This document shows, piece after piece, positions 36,924 through 41,030 of a stretch of DNA of 41,030 nucleotides (its first letter is position 1; the number at the start of each line of letters is the position of its first letter). The notes under the pieces were generated by a model. That model did not search any database. It had not been told where the DNA came from and worked only from the letters and a program-made list of their open reading frames with translations. Source of the stretch: Octopus bimaculoides (lineage: Eukaryota); contig NC_068987.1 of assembly GCF_001194135.2 (NCBI RefSeq), positions 70,842,516-70,883,545 of the forward strand. Direction: 5' to 3'. The position numbers and the translations under genes are program-made.

Positions 36924-36952
36924 TGATAACAACAACAATAATAATAACAATA
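36305..36952. repeat. Trinucleotide arrays (CAT/CAC)n at 36305-36430 and (GAT)n-(AAT)n at 36744-36952
   Basis: Direct read; source of the poly-H, D, N and M ORFs. Confidence 0.9.
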
Positions 36953-37511
36953 ATATAGAATTAGTTATAAATGTTGTTTCCTGGTAGCCCGAACAACACC
37001 CCCAACCGAGGGGAATTGCAAATATAACACGTACCAAACCCACACAGAAGAGAAAACAACAGGCAAACACAGGGATGACAAACACAAATATTTATCTCAC
37101 ACATTTGCCGTTTTGTTGGAGCTATCGTCAAAATAAACATTAGCTTCAACAATAAAGTCCAAGTACATTATCACTCCCAGGCTTAACTGAAACTCCAGCT
37201 TGGAACTATTGCTATAATGAAACATTTAATAGCATTGCATTATATAATGATACACCACTTTTTGAAATCAAGGGATATTCAGTAATATGATAGAAAATGC
37301 TCACAAAGGATAAAGATAAATATATAGAGGCAACAATATACATACATGAATATATGGAGCTTTATGTATCTTTATACAATGCACATACATAGATAGAAAG
37401 CTACGTGAATTTACTTCAGTGTGCGAGTGTATGTTTGTTTACATACGTATATATGTATATACATATATTCACATATTCATAAATCTGTGCGTGCGGTTGT
37501 GAGTGTTTGTT

Positions 37512-37549
<38 letters not shown>

Positions 37550-37732
37550 TCTGTGTGTGTGTCACTGAGTGTGATTGTCGGTCTGTCTATCTAGCAGATT
37601 GATTGCACATGCGTATGTAGAAATAAAAATATAAATATACATACTTGCACACTCAAATATATCAATACAAACGTATAAATATAAAAATACGTACATACAT
37701 ATATATATATATACATACACTAATAAGCATAT

Positions 37733-38566
37733 NNNNNNNNNNNNNNNNNNNNNNNNNNNNNNNNNNNNNNNNNNNNNNNNNNNNNNNNNNNNNNNNNNNN
37801 NNNNNNNNNNNNNNNNNNNNNNNNNNNNNNNNNNNNNNNNNNNNNNNNNNNNNNNNNNNNNNNNNNNNNNNNNNNNNNNNNNNNNNNNNNNNNNNNNNNN
37901 NNNNNNNNNNNNNNNNNNNNNNNNNNNNNNNNNNNNNNNNNNNNNNNNNNNNNNNNNNNNNNNNNNNNNNNNNNNNNNNNNNNNNNNNNNNNNNNNNNNN
38001 NNNNNNNNNNNNNNNNNNNNNNNNNNNNNNNNNNNNNNNNNNNNNNNNNNNNNNNNNNNNNNNNNNNNNNNNNNNNNNNNNNNNNNNNNNNNNNNNNNNN
38101 NNNNNNNNNNNNNNNNNNNNNNNNNNNNNNNNNNNNNNNNNNNNNNNNNNNNNNNNNNNNNNNNNNNNNNNNNNNNNNNNNNNNNNNNNNNNNNNNNNNN
38201 NNNNNNNNNNNNNNNNNNNNNNNNNNNNNNNNNNNNNNNNNNNNNNNNNNNNNNNNNNNNNNNNNNNNNNNNNNNNNNNNNNNNNNNNNNNNNNNNNNNN
38301 NNNNNNNNNNNNNNNNNNNNNNNNNNNNNNNNNNNNNNNNNNNNNNNNNNNNNNNNNNNNNNNNNNNNNNNNNNNNNNNNNNNNNNNNNNNNNNNNNNNN
38401 NNNNNNNNNNNNNNNNNNNNNNNNNNNNNNNNNNNNNNNNNNNNNNNNNNNNNNNNNNNNNNNNNNNNNNNNNNNNNNNNNNNNNNNNNNNNNNNNNNNN
38501 NNNNNNNNNNNNNNNNNNNNNNNNNNNNNNNNNNNNNNNNNNNNNNNNNNNNNNNNNNNNNNNNNN
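37733..38566. other. Assembly gap (834 N)
   Basis: N-run. Confidence 0.99.
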
Positions 38567-38694
38567 GCAACTGTGTCTTCCCCTGTGTATACTTGAATAT
38601 ATGCATACTTGAACATATGCAACTGTGTCTTCCCCTGTGTATACTTGAATATATGCATACTTGAACATATGCAACTGTGTCTTCCCCTGTGTAT
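38567..38694. repeat. 52-bp minisatellite, about 2.5 identical units abutting the gap
   Basis: Unit gcaactgtgtcttcccctgtgtatacttgaatatatgcatacttgaacatat at 38567-38618 and 38619-38670, partial at 38671-38694. Confidence 0.95.
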
Positions 38695-39039
38695 GTGTCT
38701 GTGATCGCGAAATAAGTTAAGAATAATATTGAGTTTAGCGATGGATTTTAGAAGAGAGAAACTTTTTGAGAAGAGAGAGAGAAATAGTGAAAGAATATGG
38801 CTAAATGAATGTACAGAGTAAGAATACAATATGAAAATGGAGAAGGAAGAGACGAAAAACCGGTGCCGTTGGGCATGTTGAGACGAGGAGGGGTCTTTGG
38901 TTTATACAGTGGCAGGTTTCAGAAATACATTGACAATGGCACATTTCTAAAGCATATAAGGAGCAAAGAGAGGAATAGCACATATTTAAATATGAACCTT
39001 AACTGTAAGAAAAATAATAATGGACGACAACGGTAATGA

Positions 39040-39148
39040 TAATAATAATGAGAATGAGAAGAAAAAGAAGAAGAACAACAACAACAAATACTACTACTAC
39101 TAATACTACTAAAATAATGATAATAATGATAATGATAATGAATTCTTT

Positions 39149-39215
<67 letters not shown>

Positions 39216-39266
39216 TTTCATTTTGACAATAATAATAAGAATTATTATTATTATTATTATTATTAT
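39040..39266. repeat. (AAT)n tract followed by (ATT)n
   Basis: Direct read. Confidence 0.9.
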
Positions 39267-39702
39267 CAAGTGAGAGAGCAGTGCATGCGTTCGAAGAGAC
39301 AAATGTACAATTATACGAAGCCCAATATAAACTTCATGAGTATCCGTCTGATAAGAGTATACCAAGCACATGCAGCACAACCATATATGCGTGACATGGT
39401 AATCTCATTACAAGATAAACAGCGCATTACCTTGCAATTGAGGCCCAGTTAGAATTTTCTTCATGTTGAGTAGCCCATACGGCTCAAAAGTTCCCTAAAT
39501 AAGTTTTGTTTGAGTGCGATGAACGAAATACCCATGTTTCCAGGGGTGAATTATTCAAACCCCAAAAAATTCTAAACATAAGGCTGTGGTGTTCCCCCAC
39601 TACTTCTGCTCCTGATCAGAGATGCACATATCGTCAGCCACCAATGGACATGCTCAAGTAGTTATGGTGAAACAAGTGAAAAGCAAATCTGTAGTTTTGA
39701 GT
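39267..39702 (-). mobile_element. Element U, second copy, 5'-truncated, in (TAA)n
   Basis: Collinear with 19254-19690 (tatacgaagccc, caagataaac, ggcccagttagaattttcttca, cccccactacttctgctc.tgatcagaga). Confidence 0.85.
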
Positions 39703-39718
39703 AAATTATTATTATTAT

Positions 39719-40769
39719 ATGTTTGACTTTTGCTTTGTATTTGTACAAGTTGACTCCAAGTCTCACCCAGAGACATCAAGACACAACAAGCTAGAAGTTC
39801 CTGTCGGTGTTATGCCTAGGGTGTCATACATTTGGTTTTGCACATTGTATTGTTCTATACAATGTTTATGAAGACAAGAAAATCATGAGTTTGTTTTAAA
39901 ATTTGAGATTACATAGTATATTACGTAGGATATGGGCAGTTCCCATGAGAACTAACTTTCGAATTTCTGCCATTTTGGGGTTTCCTGGTATTTGAGCTAG
40001 ATAGCAATCAGCCCATTTGCTATCATTCCTAAGGCACCTATCACAACACGTTTGTGTCTTGAGGGTCCACATTTTGCCAATTTCTATTTCAAGATCTTGA
40101 TACTTGCTCAGTTTTTGGTAGGTCTTGACAGATACATTTATATCGATCAATGAGGAGGCATGATTTTTATCTGAACTCATTCAATGTAGTGTCTGACCTA
40201 TTCGCATTTATCTTTCTGTCAGATTGAATGGTGGAGTTGTAGAGGAGTAAGATGTGATAATTTTCAAGCACTGGCGTTGGTTTGTGGTCCCAACAGTTTT
40301 TATCATAGAGCAGCTCCAGGTTTTGCAAATTACCCAGTAAATATATCGTGCACATCTATCATGCCTGTTGAGTTATTTTGTGGGCAGGAGGGGACTGCAG
40401 ATGGAGACAACATGATCAATGGTTTCATTTGGTTGTTGACATAGACATCATGTTGGGCTACTGCCTTTCTTTAATGTTGACCAGGTAGTTTCTTGTAGGT
40501 AGGTATTAATCGTAGACTGCTATGATAAACCCTTCTGCTTTTGATTTTAAGCCAGAAGACACTACCCATTGGTGGGTAAGGGCTTTGTCAACATCGGCAC
40601 TATTAGCTGACTTTGGGTATTTGCCTTTGAGAGGTTTTCCTTTCCAGTTATCAGTAAAAATATCTAAGGCAGCAGTTATATCACGGGTTTTCATACGCTT
40701 AGCTATTTTGGGCTTGTTTCTAGTAAGTCTAATTCTGGAATTTGTTGTATTTGGAATTCACTTAGATAT

Positions 40770-40771
<2 letters not shown>
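39719..40771 (-). mobile_element. R4/Dong-like element, subfamily D, 5'-truncated (linker, CCHC, RLE, 3' UTR)
   Basis: Minus strand NWKGKPLKGKYP...HQWVVSSGLKSKAEGFIIAVYD*YLPTRNY...T*CLCQQPNETIDHVVSIC...ANRSD...KLSKYQDLEIEIGKMW...LVLMGTAHILRNILCNLKF*; (TTA)n on both sides. Confidence 0.92.
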
Positions 40772-40849
<78 letters not shown>

Positions 40850-40880
40850 ATTATTATCATCATCATTATTATTATTATTA

Positions 40881-41030
40881 TTCAGTAGTTTTATTTTTAT
40901 AACGTGCTTTCACTTCACTACCGAGCGCAGCTCTGTGCGCCTTGGGTATGTGCTGTGGTTTGCTGTGGTGCTCTTATGTTTACTGTATTGAAAGTGTTTT
41001 GCGTAGAATGTGTGCAGTACCCAGTAGTGC
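40881..41030 (-). mobile_element. 3' end of a second subfamily-A R4/Dong-like element (runs off window)
   Basis: 40882-41030 matches 16101-16249 at 148/149 nt; preceded on the plus strand by (TAT)n at about 40772-40880. Confidence 0.95.

Noticed and set aside
38567-38694. CRISPR-like array
   Set aside because: Units are contiguous with no unique spacers, context is eukaryotic and there are no cas genes.

Overview
AT-rich animal nuclear DNA, almost entirely intergenic or intronic. It is saturated with microsatellites and has eight N-gaps (3,868 N, about 9%). Composition and repeat families look like an octopus (coleoid cephalopod) short-read assembly; this is an inference from recognising the repeats, not a database result. 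No intact protein-coding gene, rRNA, true tRNA or CRISPR array can be supported, and nearly all ORFs in the supplied track are microsatellite or N-run artefacts. The window holds: (1) two pile-ups (15.4-19.9 kb and 39.0-41.0 kb) of 5'-truncated R4/Dong-like non-LTR retrotransposon pieces with RT-thumb, CCHC and restriction-like endonuclease (RLE) motifs, from several subfamilies, all on the minus strand and separated by (TAA)n tracts; (2) a non-coding ~550-bp (TAA)n-tailed element present at both pile-ups; (3) four tRNA-derived SINE families, including a dimer with a 14-bp TSD, a copy with a 12-bp TSD and a fold-back insertion with a 16-bp TSD; (4) mariner/Tc1 remnants and MITEs; (5) a 181-bp near-perfect hairpin; (6) a 52-bp minisatellite at a gap edge; (7) a tentative chain of four phase-compatible minus-strand exons. 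The most system-like signal is (TAA)n microsatellites acting as recurrent, orientation-specific landing pads for a community of RLE retroelements.
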